A stretch of DNA of 64,000 nucleotides, taken from contig JAZRYB010000057.1 of NCBI GenBank assembly GCA_045600565.1, positions 15,044 to 79,043 of the forward strand. Reading direction: 5' to 3'. Origin of the DNA: Candidatus Cryptobacteroides sp. GTDB taxonomy: Bacteria > Bacteroidota > Bacteroidia > Bacteroidales > UBA932. Positions within the stretch are counted from its first letter, which is position 1; each line of letters starts with the position of its first letter. Shown piece by piece: positions 9,511-20,065 of this stretch. The position numbers and the translations under genes are program-made. The notes beneath the pieces were generated by a model that had not been told where the DNA came from, did not search any database, and saw only the letters and a list, made by a program, of their open reading frames with translations.

Positions 9511-10944
9511 TTAAAGTTTGTAGTAGTCTTCCCAGCCCTTTCTCGGCGGATTGCCTGCGAGGAGTGCGGATGCGAATGGGTCGCCGATGACCTCCTTGGT
9601 GTTGCGGTCGAATTTGAACCCGTGGCCGATTCTCTGGGCAATGACACCGAGATTGAATACCTGGCAGAGAGGGACCGCGATTTCGAAGCGTGAGCGTGCC
9701 TGCTCCTTGCCCATACAAGCATTAAGGAAGTTGGTGTAGTGGTCAGACGGACTCTTAGGTACTTCCGGCAGCTTGTTGGCCATATCCTTGGCAACTTCTT
9801 CAGGAATGATGCTGAGGGTGGAACCGTGTGAGCCGCCCTTGAAGATAAGGTCCTTTGAGTATATTATCTTCCCCGGATTGAGCTTTGCCGGCTTGAGCAT
9901 GCCACCGTTGACTGTAGGTACGTCGCTGCTGATGACGCTCGAACCGTATCCGACCGGCACTTCAGGAATATTGTCCAGACCGTCATACCAGGTAATGTCG
10001 CAGGACGGCATATCGCCTCTGCGAGGGAAACGGAACTTGATGGTGGAGGACATAGGGAAGAAGAAGTTGTTCCATCCGTCAGCGCGGAGAAGATTCACTT
10101 CATAAGGCAGACCCAAATCAAGGAATTCGTGTGCGGTATCGATAAGGTGCGCACCCCAGTCACCGAGGGCTCCCATACCGAAATCATACCAGCAGCGCCA
10201 GTTTCCGCGATGATACTTGTCGGAATAGTCGTGGTAAATCTGACTCATATGCCAAAGATCCCAATCAAGAGTGGATGGGATAGGCTCAGCTACAGGATAC
10301 CTTGAAATGTTCGGATCCCATTTGTGCCAGCGGCGATCGTTGTTCATATGGGCCGTGATTTCGGTAACATCCTTGATGATGCCGGCTTCCTTCCAGGCTT
10401 TGAACTGGAAATAGTTGCCCTCCGAATGTCCCTGGTTACCCATCTGCGTGACTACGTTCGGATGCATCTTGGCGGCCTGGAGCAGAAGTTCGTTCTCAAA
10501 GAAGGTACGGGTGAGAGGCTTCTCGCAATAAACGTGGATACCTTCCTTGATTGCGCGCATTGCGATAGGGAAATGTGCAAAGTCCGGAACAGCTACGAAT
10601 ACAGCTTCTATTTCCTTGCCCATCTCGTCGAACATTTTCCTGAAGTCCTTGTATTTCTTGGCCTTAGGATATTTGTTCATAACCTTGAGCGTATGCTCTG
10701 CTCCCATATCGACATCGCAGAGAGCAACGACGTTTGCAAGCCCGGTTCTGGCTACGCACTCTTCATCCTCAGCTCCGCGAAAACCGATGCCGATGAGAGC
10801 CACATTGACTTTTCCTCCCGCGCCTACGGCAGGATTGGCTGAAGTCCTGGCAGTGAAAGCCTTGACAGGATGCTCCATTCCTTCTACTGCCAAAGCGGCC
10901 GCAGCCGCTCCCGCAGTCTTGATGAAAGTTCTTCTTGTTACCAT
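9511..10944 (-). CDS. Gfo/Idh/MocA NAD-dependent oxidoreductase with Tat signal
   Basis: TRRTFIK twin-arginine motif, IGIGFRG, HVYCEKP, TQMGNQG; start moved to MVTRR. Confidence 0.9.
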   Translation of the reverse strand: MVTRRTFIKTAGAAAAALAVEGMEHPVKAFTARTSANPAVGAGGKVNVALIGIGFRGAEDEECVARTGLANVVALCDVDMGAEHTLKVMNKYPKAKKYKDFRKMFDEMGKEIEAVFVAVPDFAHFPIAMRAIKEGIHVYCEKPLTRTFFENELLLQAAKMHPNVVTQMGNQGHSEGNYFQFKAWKEAGIIKDVTEITAHMNNDRRWHKWDPNISRYPVAEPIPSTLDWDLWHMSQIYHDYSDKYHRGNWRCWYDFGMGALGDWGAHLIDTAHEFLDLGLPYEVNLLRADGWNNFFFPMSSTIKFRFPRRGDMPSCDITWYDGLDNIPEVPVGYGSSVISSDVPTVNGGMLKPAKLNPGKIIYSKDLIFKGGSHGSTLSIIPEEVAKDMANKLPEVPKSPSDHYTNFLNACMGKEQARSRFEIAVPLCQVFNLGVIAQRIGHGFKFDRNTKEVIGDPFASALLAGNPPRKGWEDYYKL

Positions 10945-11038
10945 ATTTCTCGTATTTAAGATAATCAATCAAACAATTACGGCTAAATTACATAAATTTG
11001 TATCAACCGCCAAAAAAAATAATTATCTTCGCCTTCGG

Positions 11039-11845
11039 ATGAATAACGAGTCGGAATATTCGGTTGAGCTGGGCCTGTTTAGGGGGCATATTCCTCATGT
11101 GATGGGGACAAGATTGGATTTCGTCACGTTGGGTACATCCGAAGAGTTCATTTCTCCGTTGTGGGGGGAAGTTTGCAACTCCACGGCACAGTTGGACTCA
11201 ATATTCAACCGATTCAGCCCCCACAGTGAGGTCTGGGCATTCAACAATTGGATGAAAGATGTTCCGTTCAGATGTTCTGAGGTGTTTCGGATGTTGGTGG
11301 GTGAGGCCTTGTCGTTTTGGAATGACACGGAAGGTCTCTTTGACATAACAAAAGGCAGAATGCTTGAGCTTCAGGTGGAGGGCGATATCTTGCAGAAGTC
11401 TGACGACGATGTGCGCCTTGATTTTGGAGGCATCGCCAAAGGATATGCTCTCAGCAAGATTGAGATGATGCTGAAAGATGCGGCGGTGGGGTCCGCTTTC
11501 GTCAATTTCGGCAACAGCTCGATTTTGGCCGTCGGGCATCATCCTTATGGGGATTGCTGGAAAGTCAGTCTTCCCAGCCCTTTCGACGGGAAGCCGTTGA
11601 GAGAATATAGGCTTCGGGACAGGTCTCTGTCCATATCTGGCAATACGCCGGGCTATTCCGGACATATCATTCACCCGTTGTCAGGAGATGCCCTCACCGA
11701 CCGTCGCGTAACATCAGTTGTGGGAGGAAATCCACTTGAAGCGGAGGTCCTCAGCACAGTGATGATGCTTGCGGATATGGGACAGAGAAAGCGGATTTTG
11801 GGACGATTCCCTGATGCTGAAGCGGAAATAATGGATATTTGTTGA
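11039..11845 (+). CDS. apbE: FAD:protein FMN transferase (ApbE family), no signal peptide
   Basis: VMGT, FNRF...SEV, DFGGIAKGYA, SISG, HIIHP, AEVLST; the ORF-track extension upstream is antisense to the Gfo gene and was discarded. Confidence 0.88.
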   Translation: MNNESEYSVELGLFRGHIPHVMGTRLDFVTLGTSEEFISPLWGEVCNSTAQLDSIFNRFSPHSEVWAFNNWMKDVPFRCSEVFRMLVGEALSFWNDTEGLFDITKGRMLELQVEGDILQKSDDDVRLDFGGIAKGYALSKIEMMLKDAAVGSAFVNFGNSSILAVGHHPYGDCWKVSLPSPFDGKPLREYRLRDRSLSISGNTPGYSGHIIHPLSGDALTDRRVTSVVGGNPLEAEVLSTVMMLADMGQRKRILGRFPDAEAEIMDIC

Positions 11846-11846
11846 T

Positions 11847-13169
11847 ATGAATGAAAACGAAAATGGAGTTGACTTCGGTCTGAGGCAATTCATCAAGAAT
11901 CTCGGCTATGTGGCCGGCGGAGCGACGCTGCTCGCTTCCGCACCGTGGCTGTCCTCCTGCACGCCCGAAAAGCTTGAAGACATCAAAACACACAGGGCCC
12001 GTATCGGTCTGATAGGCACAGGGTCCCGGGGTCAATATCATATTCATAACATTCTGAAGATTCCACACGCCCGACTTGTGGCTCTCTGTGATGTGTATCA
12101 GCCGAACCTCGACACGGTTCTTTCCCTCTGTCCCGGGGCAAGGACATATACAGATTATCACAGACTTCTGGAAGATAAGGAATTGGACGGGGTAATCATA
12201 GCGACACCGTTGTATCTGCACGCGCAGATGACACTCGATGCCCTTGATGCCGGCAAGCATGTATTCTGCGAGAAGGCGATGGCTCTTACTCTTGAGGATT
12301 GCAAGCGCGTATATAGTGCCTACCGGCAGTCTGATCGAGCCTTGTATTTCTGTATGCAGAGAATGTATGACGAGAAATATATAAAGGCTATGCAGATGAT
12401 TCAGGACGGCCTGATAGGGGATGTTGTCGGAATGCGTTGCCATTGGTTCCGGAACGCTGACTGGCGACGTGAGGTCCCGTCTCCGGATTTGGAGAGGCAT
12501 ATCAACTGGAGACTTTATAAAGAGTATTCCGGAGGGCTGATGACGGAGCTTGGAAGCCATCAGCTTGAGGTGTGCAATTGGGCTATTCACAGGATGCCGA
12601 CCTATATCACCGGCCTCGGAGATATTGTTTTCTGGAAGGACGGACGGGAGGTTTACGACAGTGTAAGCGTCACTTATGGCTATGCCGATGGCCGGAAAAT
12701 AACGTACGAATCTCTGATTTCCAACAAGTTCAATGGAATGGAGGAGCAGATACTCGGAAGCACGGGGACGATGGATTTGTCGAAGGGAGTCTATTATCTT
12801 GAAGAAGATAATCTCGTGCCGGGAATGAGGAAGCTTATGGAGCAGATGAAGACGGGCATCTTCGCTGCCATCCCGACAGCGGGCCCGAGCTGGAGGCCTG
12901 AGCTCAAGTCAGATTATGTGCCTCATCCGGTGCTGGACAAGAGCTTCGGTGTTACCAGCGGAGAGAGTATGATAGGTGCCACCAATGATGGTTCTGATGT
13001 GATTCTCTCGGCGTTCTGTCAGTCTTGCATCACCGGAGAGAAGGCTCAGGACGTAGTGGAGGAGGCATATTGTTCAACGGCTCTTTGCCTGTTGGGCAAT
13101 CAGGCGATGGATCGGAAGAGTGTGATAACCTTCCCTGATGAGTATAAGATTCCGTATATGAAATTCTAA
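11847..13169 (+). CDS. Gfo/Idh/MocA oxidoreductase, probable (Tat-)lipoprotein
   Basis: IGTGSRG, IATPLYLH, HVFCEKAM, NWRLYKEYSGGLMTELGSH; LRQFIK...LSSC signal. Confidence 0.88.
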   Translation: MNENENGVDFGLRQFIKNLGYVAGGATLLASAPWLSSCTPEKLEDIKTHRARIGLIGTGSRGQYHIHNILKIPHARLVALCDVYQPNLDTVLSLCPGARTYTDYHRLLEDKELDGVIIATPLYLHAQMTLDALDAGKHVFCEKAMALTLEDCKRVYSAYRQSDRALYFCMQRMYDEKYIKAMQMIQDGLIGDVVGMRCHWFRNADWRREVPSPDLERHINWRLYKEYSGGLMTELGSHQLEVCNWAIHRMPTYITGLGDIVFWKDGREVYDSVSVTYGYADGRKITYESLISNKFNGMEEQILGSTGTMDLSKGVYYLEEDNLVPGMRKLMEQMKTGIFAAIPTAGPSWRPELKSDYVPHPVLDKSFGVTSGESMIGATNDGSDVILSAFCQSCITGEKAQDVVEEAYCSTALCLLGNQAMDRKSVITFPDEYKIPYMKF

Positions 13170-13174
13170 GGGCT

Positions 13175-13423
13175 ATGAAAGATATGATCATTTCTGGGGA
13201 GACAGTCAGAAGGGAGCTTCTGATTCTTCTATGTTGTTTCATCATCGGGATGCTCACCAATGTCGGTGCAATCATAGTCTATGACCGCCCTTTCGTAGAG
13301 CTCTTCACCCAGATAGGTTTCGTCATTGTATTCAGTCTGATCTTATATTTTGCGCTATGGATTATACGGCTGATTGTGATGCTTGTCCGTCTGATAGTCA
13401 GGACAATTTTCAAAAAAAGCTGA
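13175..13423 (+). CDS. Small membrane protein with 2 predicted TM helices
   Basis: 82-aa ORF with two hydrophobic stretches, 5 nt after the Gfo stop codon. Confidence 0.7.
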   Translation: MKDMIISGETVRRELLILLCCFIIGMLTNVGAIIVYDRPFVELFTQIGFVIVFSLILYFALWIIRLIVMLVRLIVRTIFKKS

Positions 13424-13461
13424 CTGGTCGAACATCTTTTGTATTTGTCTTTATTATTAAT

Positions 13462-13469
13462 TAACTTTG
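13462..13469 (+). promoter_or_regulatory. -7 element TAACTTTG for fusA2-aspS, with TTTG 20 nt upstream
   Basis: Consensus match with -33 TTTG at 13438-13441. Confidence 0.7.
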
Positions 13470-13531
13470 CGAGGATATGCCCCTATATGGGATTTGGTCG
13501 CAAAATTTAAACAAAAATAATATAGACAAAA

Positions 13532-15643
13532 ATGAAAGAGTATTCAACCAAAGACATCCGCAATGTGGTTTTGATCGGATCCACTAAGTCCGGAAAGACC
13601 ACATTGGCCGAGGCTATGCTTTATGAAGGCAAGGTTATTGACAGGAGAGGCACTGTAGAAGACAAGAACACGGTTTCAGACTTCGAAGAGATTGAAAAGC
13701 TCAACCAGAGATCAATTTATGGGGCTCCTCTTTATGCAGAGTTCAACAATTCCAAAATTAATTTCATTGATGCTCCGGGTGCGGATGATTTCTGCGGAGG
13801 CGCATTCTCGGCATTCAAGGTTTGCGAAAACGGAATCCTGGTTGTTAACGCACAGCAGGGCGTTGAGGTCGGGACAGAGATTTTCGCACGCTATGCGGCC
13901 AAGGCAAATCTGCCTCTCGTTCTTGCAGTCAATCAGCTTGATAGTGAGAAGGCTGATTGGGATGTTCTTAAGAATTCCATCAACGAGGCATTCGGCAGCA
14001 AGCCTGTATATCTTCAGTTCCCTGTCAACCCGGGCACTGCTTTCGACGGTATTGTTGATGTTCTTGCAATGAAGTATTATCATTTCAAGGATCAGAACGG
14101 CACACGTGAGGATCTTGATATTCCTGCCGAGTACAAAGATGAAGCTGAGCTCCTTCGCGGACAGCTTGTAGAGAAGGCGGCAGAGTATGACGAGGCTCTT
14201 ATGGAGAAATATTTCGAGGAGGGAGACCTCAGTGAAGAAGAAATCCAGAAAGGTCTTTCTCTTGGCTTCACTACCGGAGAGGCTTATCCTGTATTCTGCG
14301 TTTCAGCAAAGAAGGACGTCGGTGTGAAGAAACTTATGGAATTCATCCTCAATGTCGGTGTCGCACCTGCAGGAAAAGAGACGGACCCGGCATCCCTCTA
14401 CATATACAAGAACAATGTGGAGCAGCATCTTGGAGAGGTCTCTTTCTTCAAGGTAATGAGCGGAGTTGTCTCCACTGGCGTTGACTTTGAGGAGTCGGTG
14501 ACCGGCAGCAAGGAGCGATTCTCTGCTATATATGCCGTTGCCGGGCAGAAGAAGGAATCAGTCGGCTCTCTTCATGCGGGTGATTTCGGCTGTGTCGTCA
14601 AGCTCAAGAATGGAAAGTCAAGCACAACTCTCGCAGTCCCCGGCTCAGGCCTGGACTATGGCAAGATCGAGTTCCCTGCACCTAAATATCGCTGCGCCAT
14701 CAAGGCAAAGGCTCAGACAGATGAGCAGAAGCTCGGTGATGCTCTCAAGAAAATCGCCTCACAGGATCCTACAGTCGTAGTTGAGTATTCAAAAGAGCTT
14801 CGTCAGACTATCCTCAGCGGTAACGGAGAGCAGCATATCAATGTTGTCAAGTGGCGTCTCAACAATGAGTTCGGCGTAGAAGTTGAGATCTTTGCCCCGA
14901 AGGTCCCTTATCGCGAGACTATTACAAAGATTGCTTGTGCACAATATCGTCATAAGAAGCAGTCCGGTGGTGCAGGTCAGTTCGGTGAAGTCCATCTTCT
15001 CGTATGCCCGGCGGAAGGCGAACTCAACACCAAGTTCAAGATTGACGGGAAGGATACACAGCTCAATGTCAAGACTCAGGATATCACTGAGCTTGATTGG
15101 GGTGGAAAGCTGGAGTTCTACAACTGCGTTGTCGGTGGTGCCATCGATCTCGGATTTATGCCTGCTATCCTCAAGGGTATCAAGGAAAGAATGGTCGAAG
15201 GTCCTCTTACAGGCTCTTATGCCCGTGACATCCGCGTCTTCGTATATGACGGAAAGATGCATCCGGTTGATTCAAAGGAAATCGCGTTCATCATTGCAGG
15301 TCGCAATGCTTTCAAGGAGGCTTTCCGCAATGCCGGTCCTAAGATTCTTGAGCCTATCTACAACGTGGAGGTTATGACCCCTTCAGAGTATCAGGGCGCT
15401 TGTATGTCAGACCTTCAGAATCGTCGTGGTGTCCTCGGTGATATGGGTTCAGAAAAGGGTTTCGCTATCCTTAAGGCCCGTGTTCCTCTTGCCGAGCTAT
15501 ATAGATATTCAACAACATTGAGTTCACTTACATCAGGTAGCGCCACCTTCACGATGGAGTTTGCTGATTACCAGCCGGTACCTGGTGATGTTCAGACCAA
15601 GCTCCTTGCCGAGTACGCAGCTTCCGAATCAGAGGAGGATTAA
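13532..15643 (+). CDS. fusA2: Elongation factor G paralog EF-G2 (Bacteroidota type)
   Basis: EF-G architecture ([21 protein letters not shown]) with degenerate G motifs [18 protein letters not shown] and a domain IV insertion. Confidence 0.9.
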   Translation: MKEYSTKDIRNVVLIGSTKSGKTTLAEAMLYEGKVIDRRGTVEDKNTVSDFEEIEKLNQRSIYGAPLYAEFNNSKINFIDAPGADDFCGGAFSAFKVCENGILVVNAQQGVEVGTEIFARYAAKANLPLVLAVNQLDSEKADWDVLKNSINEAFGSKPVYLQFPVNPGTAFDGIVDVLAMKYYHFKDQNGTREDLDIPAEYKDEAELLRGQLVEKAAEYDEALMEKYFEEGDLSEEEIQKGLSLGFTTGEAYPVFCVSAKKDVGVKKLMEFILNVGVAPAGKETDPASLYIYKNNVEQHLGEVSFFKVMSGVVSTGVDFEESVTGSKERFSAIYAVAGQKKESVGSLHAGDFGCVVKLKNGKSSTTLAVPGSGLDYGKIEFPAPKYRCAIKAKAQTDEQKLGDALKKIASQDPTVVVEYSKELRQTILSGNGEQHINVVKWRLNNEFGVEVEIFAPKVPYRETITKIACAQYRHKKQSGGAGQFGEVHLLVCPAEGELNTKFKIDGKDTQLNVKTQDITELDWGGKLEFYNCVVGGAIDLGFMPAILKGIKERMVEGPLTGSYARDIRVFVYDGKMHPVDSKEIAFIIAGRNAFKEAFRNAGPKILEPIYNVEVMTPSEYQGACMSDLQNRRGVLGDMGSEKGFAILKARVPLAELYRYSTTLSSLTSGSATFTMEFADYQPVPGDVQTKLLAEYAASESEED

Positions 15644-15651
15644 TATTAATT

Positions 15652-17382
15652 ATGTATAGGACACATACTTGCGGAGAGCTCCGCATAGGCGATACAGGCC
15701 GGACTGTCACACTCTCAGGATGGGTGCAGAAGGTCAGAAGCCTTGGAAGTATGACCTTCGTTGACCTCAGGGACAGATACGGCATCACCCAGCTGGTGTT
15801 TGACGGATCTGTTGATCTGGGTCGCGAATATGTCATACAAGTCACCGGTGTAGTTTTGGAAAGGGAAAGCAAGAATGCAAAAATCCCTACCGGTGAAATA
15901 GAGATTAAAGTCAGTGATCTGAACATCCTCAACAAAGCTCAGACCCCTCCTTTCACAATTGAAGAGAATTCTGACGGAGGAGAGGATATCCGTGCAAAAT
16001 ACAGATATCTTGACTTGCGCAGACCTCCGCTTCAGAGGGCGCTTGCGTTGAGACATCGTCTTGCCCAAGAGATTCGGACCTATCTGGACGGACAGAATTT
16101 TATGGAGATTGAGACTCCGTATCTTATCAAGTCCACTCCAGAAGGCGCCAGGGATTTCGTGGTTCCGTCCCGAATGAATCCGGGACAGTTCTATGCTTTG
16201 CCTCAGTCTCCTCAGACTTTCAAGCAGCTTCTGATGGTCGCCGGTTATGACCGATATTTCCAGATTGTCCGTTGCTTCAGAGATGAGGATCTCCGCGCCG
16301 ACCGTCAGCCTGAATTCACCCAGATTGACTGCGAAATGAGTTTTGTGGAGCAGGAGGATGTGCTCAATATGTTCGAAGGGATGATGCGCCGGATGTTCAA
16401 GAATGCTCTTGGTGTCGATATCCCGAATCCTCTCCCACGGATGAGCTGGTATGATGCAATGGACAACTACGGCTCTGACAAACCGGATGTGCGGTTTGGA
16501 ATGAAGATTCACGAGATTACAGACTTGGTCAAGGATAAGGGATTCAGCGTGTTTGATTCTTCCGAATATATCGGAGCGATTGCAGTCAAAGGCTGCGCCG
16601 CCTACACCCGCAAGCAGCTTGACGAGATTACGGAATGGGTAAAGCGCCCTCAGGTTGGTGCCAAGGGCCTTGTATATGTAAAGATCGGTGAGGACGGTAT
16701 CAAGTCTTCTGTTGACAAGTTCTATACTTCTGAGCAGCTTCAGAGAGTCGCTGACAGGGTTGAGGCTGAGAAGGGCGATCTTGTACTTGTCCTCTGTGGG
16801 GCAAAGCGCAAGACTCAGGCGATGCTCGGCGTTCTCCGTATCGAGATGGGCAACAGACTTGGTCTGAGAGATCCTAAGACCTTCGCGCCACTTTGGATTG
16901 TTGATTTCCCTCTTCTTGAGTGGGATGATGAGACTCAGCGTTTCTATGCAATGCACCATCCGTTCACGGCACCAAAGCCGGAACACGAGAGCTGGTTCTA
17001 TAGCGACAAGAAGGAAGACCTCGAAAGAGTCTGCGCCAATGCTTATGACTTCGTCCTGAACGGAACCGAGCTTGGCGGTGGCTCCATCAGAATCCACAAT
17101 GCCGATATGCAGAGCCGTATGTTCGAAGTACTGGGCATCAGCAAAGAAGATGCACAGTACAAGTTCGGATTCATCATCAATGCCTTCAAGTATGGGGCTC
17201 CGCCGCACGGAGGTCTCGCATTCGGTTTTGATCGTGTGTGCTCGCTCTTTGGCGGTCAGGAGACCATTCGTGACTATATCGCGTTCCCTAAGAATAATCA
17301 GGGACGCGATGTGATGATTGATTCTCCGTCAGCGATAGACCAGATTCAGCTCGATGAGCTTCAGATTGATATCAGAAAATAG
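15652..17382 (+). CDS. aspS: Aspartate-tRNA ligase
   Basis: [54 protein letters not shown]. Confidence 0.98.
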   Translation: MYRTHTCGELRIGDTGRTVTLSGWVQKVRSLGSMTFVDLRDRYGITQLVFDGSVDLGREYVIQVTGVVLERESKNAKIPTGEIEIKVSDLNILNKAQTPPFTIEENSDGGEDIRAKYRYLDLRRPPLQRALALRHRLAQEIRTYLDGQNFMEIETPYLIKSTPEGARDFVVPSRMNPGQFYALPQSPQTFKQLLMVAGYDRYFQIVRCFRDEDLRADRQPEFTQIDCEMSFVEQEDVLNMFEGMMRRMFKNALGVDIPNPLPRMSWYDAMDNYGSDKPDVRFGMKIHEITDLVKDKGFSVFDSSEYIGAIAVKGCAAYTRKQLDEITEWVKRPQVGAKGLVYVKIGEDGIKSSVDKFYTSEQLQRVADRVEAEKGDLVLVLCGAKRKTQAMLGVLRIEMGNRLGLRDPKTFAPLWIVDFPLLEWDDETQRFYAMHHPFTAPKPEHESWFYSDKKEDLERVCANAYDFVLNGTELGGGSIRIHNADMQSRMFEVLGISKEDAQYKFGFIINAFKYGAPPHGGLAFGFDRVCSLFGGQETIRDYIAFPKNNQGRDVMIDSPSAIDQIQLDELQIDIRK

Positions 17383-18529
17383 TCAGAGCTTGAAAACACA
17401 TACGTCCGTTGTGATACGGGCATTTCCAAGGGCCGGCCTTGTCTTCTGTGACATTTGGCCGGCCTTGTGCATCACAATCCCAGTACCATTCTCCTCCGTC
17501 CCAATTGATGAGATGTGACTTGATATAGTCGAGGCTCCTCTGGGCCAGAGCGGCACCTTCTTCGACATTGAGATATTTCCAGGCCCAAAGGTTGGCGACT
17601 ACGGTTTCTGCTTCCACCCACCACTGGCGGGAATCATCGACAGACCCGTCATCGTGGATTTCATAAATCAGGCTTCCGTCCGGCTGGTAGCCTTTCATTC
17701 CGCTTTCATATAGGACTTTGCAGACAGGCTTGATCTTGTTGACCTCATCAAAATCCTTGAGCATGAATGCACACTCGAGTGCCAGCCAGGATGTCTCTAT
17801 GTCGTGGCCATACGATATGCCTTGTCCGATGACATTCCAGGATGCGTCGAAATACAGATTGAGATGCCCTGTCCGAGCATTGAAAATCTTTGTCCGGAGA
17901 ATCTCCATCAAAGAGACAATATTTTTCTTCAGACCGGCGTTCGGCCATACTTTATATAGGGATGCGTATCCTTCCAATACGTGGAGATGTGAATTCATCG
18001 TCTTGTCAACATTCTTGTCTTTGTCGCTCAGGCGCATATCTCCAAGAGGATTGAAATCTCTGTCGAGAGCTTCAATATAACCGCCGTTCTTGTGGTCTGA
18101 GAAATGTGTCTCGATGATTTTGTAAATGTTGACAGCCGCTTTCAGAGCTTCATCGTCACCGGTAGCCGCGTAGAATTCGCTTAAACCATAAATCGCGAAT
18201 CCCTGTGCATACAATTGCGCTTTGCTGTCCTCGCGCTCTCCATTGCTGTCAACAGACCAATAGACACCACCGTATTTATGGTCTATGAAATGTTTGATGA
18301 AATATTCCTTGGCATTGCAGGCGTTGAGCAGGTACTCTTTCTTTCCAAGTAGTCTGTATGCCGCCGAGAAGGTCCACAGGATACGGGCGTTGAGTACCGC
18401 TCCTCGTGATGAGTCTTCCAAGATGTTTCCTTCTCCGTCAACACGACCGAAGAATCCTCCGCGTCGGTCTGCAAGGCCTTCCCACCAATTGAGAATATTA
18501 TCTTCAAGAATGTGTTTTATTTCTTTCAT
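17372..18529 (-). CDS. AGE-family epimerase, cellobiose/mannobiose 2-epimerase-like
   Basis: [34 protein letters not shown] retain the catalytic Arg/His residues. Confidence 0.85.
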   Translation of the reverse strand: MKEIKHILEDNILNWWEGLADRRGGFFGRVDGEGNILEDSSRGAVLNARILWTFSAAYRLLGKKEYLLNACNAKEYFIKHFIDHKYGGVYWSVDSNGEREDSKAQLYAQGFAIYGLSEFYAATGDDEALKAAVNIYKIIETHFSDHKNGGYIEALDRDFNPLGDMRLSDKDKNVDKTMNSHLHVLEGYASLYKVWPNAGLKKNIVSLMEILRTKIFNARTGHLNLYFDASWNVIGQGISYGHDIETSWLALECAFMLKDFDEVNKIKPVCKVLYESGMKGYQPDGSLIYEIHDDGSVDDSRQWWVEAETVVANLWAWKYLNVEEGAALAQRSLDYIKSHLINWDGGEWYWDCDAQGRPNVTEDKAGPWKCPYHNGRMCFQALTIF

Positions 18530-18583
18530 AAATGGATGTCTTTTTCATTGCAAAGATAAAAAAATCAATGTACATTTACGAAA

Positions 18584-18961
18584 ATGAAACGCACAAACAG
18601 GCAGGTGGGACGGTTCGGGGAGACGGAGGCTGCCAAGTATCTGATGAGTGAAGGCCACACTGTCCTGGCCAGAAATTGGAGACGGTCGAGATGTGAGATA
18701 GATTTGATTACTTTGGATAGTCGGGGCGTGCATTTTGTAGAAGTGAAAACACGGTTTTCGGAGAATGTGAATCCTCTTGCCAACATTACATTTGCCAAGA
18801 AGAGAAATATGGTGAGAGCGGCTTATGACTACCTTGACAGTCCTGACCGGATTCACTTGCGGAGTCAGGAGTTGTTTTTTGACATTATTACCATAACCCT
18901 TGAAGGTGACGGGCTGAATCTGAAGTATTATCCTGAAGCCTTCGTACCAATATATGTTTGA
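18584..18961 (+). CDS. YraN family protein (UPF0102)
   Basis: G..GE..A..YL, RNWR....EIDLI, FVEVKTR. Confidence 0.9.
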   Translation: MKRTNRQVGRFGETEAAKYLMSEGHTVLARNWRRSRCEIDLITLDSRGVHFVEVKTRFSENVNPLANITFAKKRNMVRAAYDYLDSPDRIHLRSQELFFDIITITLEGDGLNLKYYPEAFVPIYV

Positions 18962-18966
18962 GCACT

Positions 18967-20061
18967 ATGAATTCACATCATTACTGTGTCATAATGGCGG
19001 GCGGAATCGGGTCCAGATTCTGGCCGTTGAGCCGGGTGCGGAGGCCTAAGCAGTTCCTTGATTTCGGCACGGGAAAGTCATTCCTGAGGTTGACCTATGA
19101 CAGGTTCTTCCGGATTATTCCTCACGAAAATATCATTGTGGTGTCTTTGACTCAGTATAAGGAGCAGGTTATGCAGCATCTGCCCGAGTTGCCCGAAGAG
19201 AATCTCCTGCTGGAGCCTTTGAACAGAAATACAGCTCCTTGTCTCGCGTATGCTACGTATGAGATACTGAAGCGTGACCCCCGGGCCGTCATAGTGGCGA
19301 CTCCTGCCGATCATATGATAGGTGATTTGGACTTGTTCGAGAAAGCCATCTGCAATGCTCTTGAGTTCGCTTCAGAAAGAGAAGCGCTGATAACTCTCGG
19401 CGTCGTCCCGGATCGTCCTGATACCAATTTCGGATATATTCAGGTCGTCGGTGGAAAAGAATCTTATCAGGAGGATAAGTTGTTGAAAGTTAAGACTTTC
19501 ACAGAAAAGCCAGATGCTGATTTGGCTGAGGTGTTCGTCAAGAGCGGTGAGTTCTTGTGGAATTCCGGTATCTTTGTATGGCAGGCTTCCGTTATTCGTG
19601 AGGAGTTGGAGAAGTACTTGCCGCACGTGACCGCTCTTTTCCGCGGCTGGGAGAATTATATGGGGACTCCGTCCGAACAGGCCAATATAGATAAAGCTTA
19701 TGTGGAGATGAGCAGGGTGTCCATCGATTATGGCGTGATGGAGAAGACAGACAGGGTCTGCCTGTATCCGGTCAGATTTGGATGGGCGGACATCGGCAAT
19801 TGGGAGTCATTCTACGGCTATATTTCCGGTAAGGATTTGAATGGCAATTCCATCAAGACTGCCGGAATGCATTTGCTTCAGGGTGACCGTAACAATGTCA
19901 TTTATTCCAAGAGCGAGGGCAAGCTGGTAGCCATCAAGGATCTTGAAGACTATATTGTTATTGATACGGACGATATTCTGATGATTTGTCCGCGCGACGA
20001 CAAGAAGATTAAAGAAGTTATTTCCCACATCGGATTGCCGGATTATGAAGAATACAGATAA
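18967..20061 (+). CDS. manC: Mannose-1-phosphate guanylyltransferase
   Basis: IMAGGIGSRFWPLSR..PKQF, EP..RNTAP, FTEKP, WNSGIF, SIDYGVMEK, GWADIG; alternative TTG start at 18958. Confidence 0.92.
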   Translation: MNSHHYCVIMAGGIGSRFWPLSRVRRPKQFLDFGTGKSFLRLTYDRFFRIIPHENIIVVSLTQYKEQVMQHLPELPEENLLLEPLNRNTAPCLAYATYEILKRDPRAVIVATPADHMIGDLDLFEKAICNALEFASEREALITLGVVPDRPDTNFGYIQVVGGKESYQEDKLLKVKTFTEKPDADLAEVFVKSGEFLWNSGIFVWQASVIREELEKYLPHVTALFRGWENYMGTPSEQANIDKAYVEMSRVSIDYGVMEKTDRVCLYPVRFGWADIGNWESFYGYISGKDLNGNSIKTAGMHLLQGDRNNVIYSKSEGKLVAIKDLEDYIVIDTDDILMICPRDDKKIKEVISHIGLPDYEEYR

Positions 20062-20065
20062 AAAT

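Noticed and set aside
10547-11038. 164-aa N-terminal extension of the ApbE ORF in the track
   Set aside because: It is antisense to the Gfo gene's 5' end; ApbE similarity and a promoter box start at 11039
13424-13440. AACAT half-site upstream of fusA2 as a Cur (BT4338)-type operator
   Set aside because: Only a half-site; the palindromic partner is too degenerate
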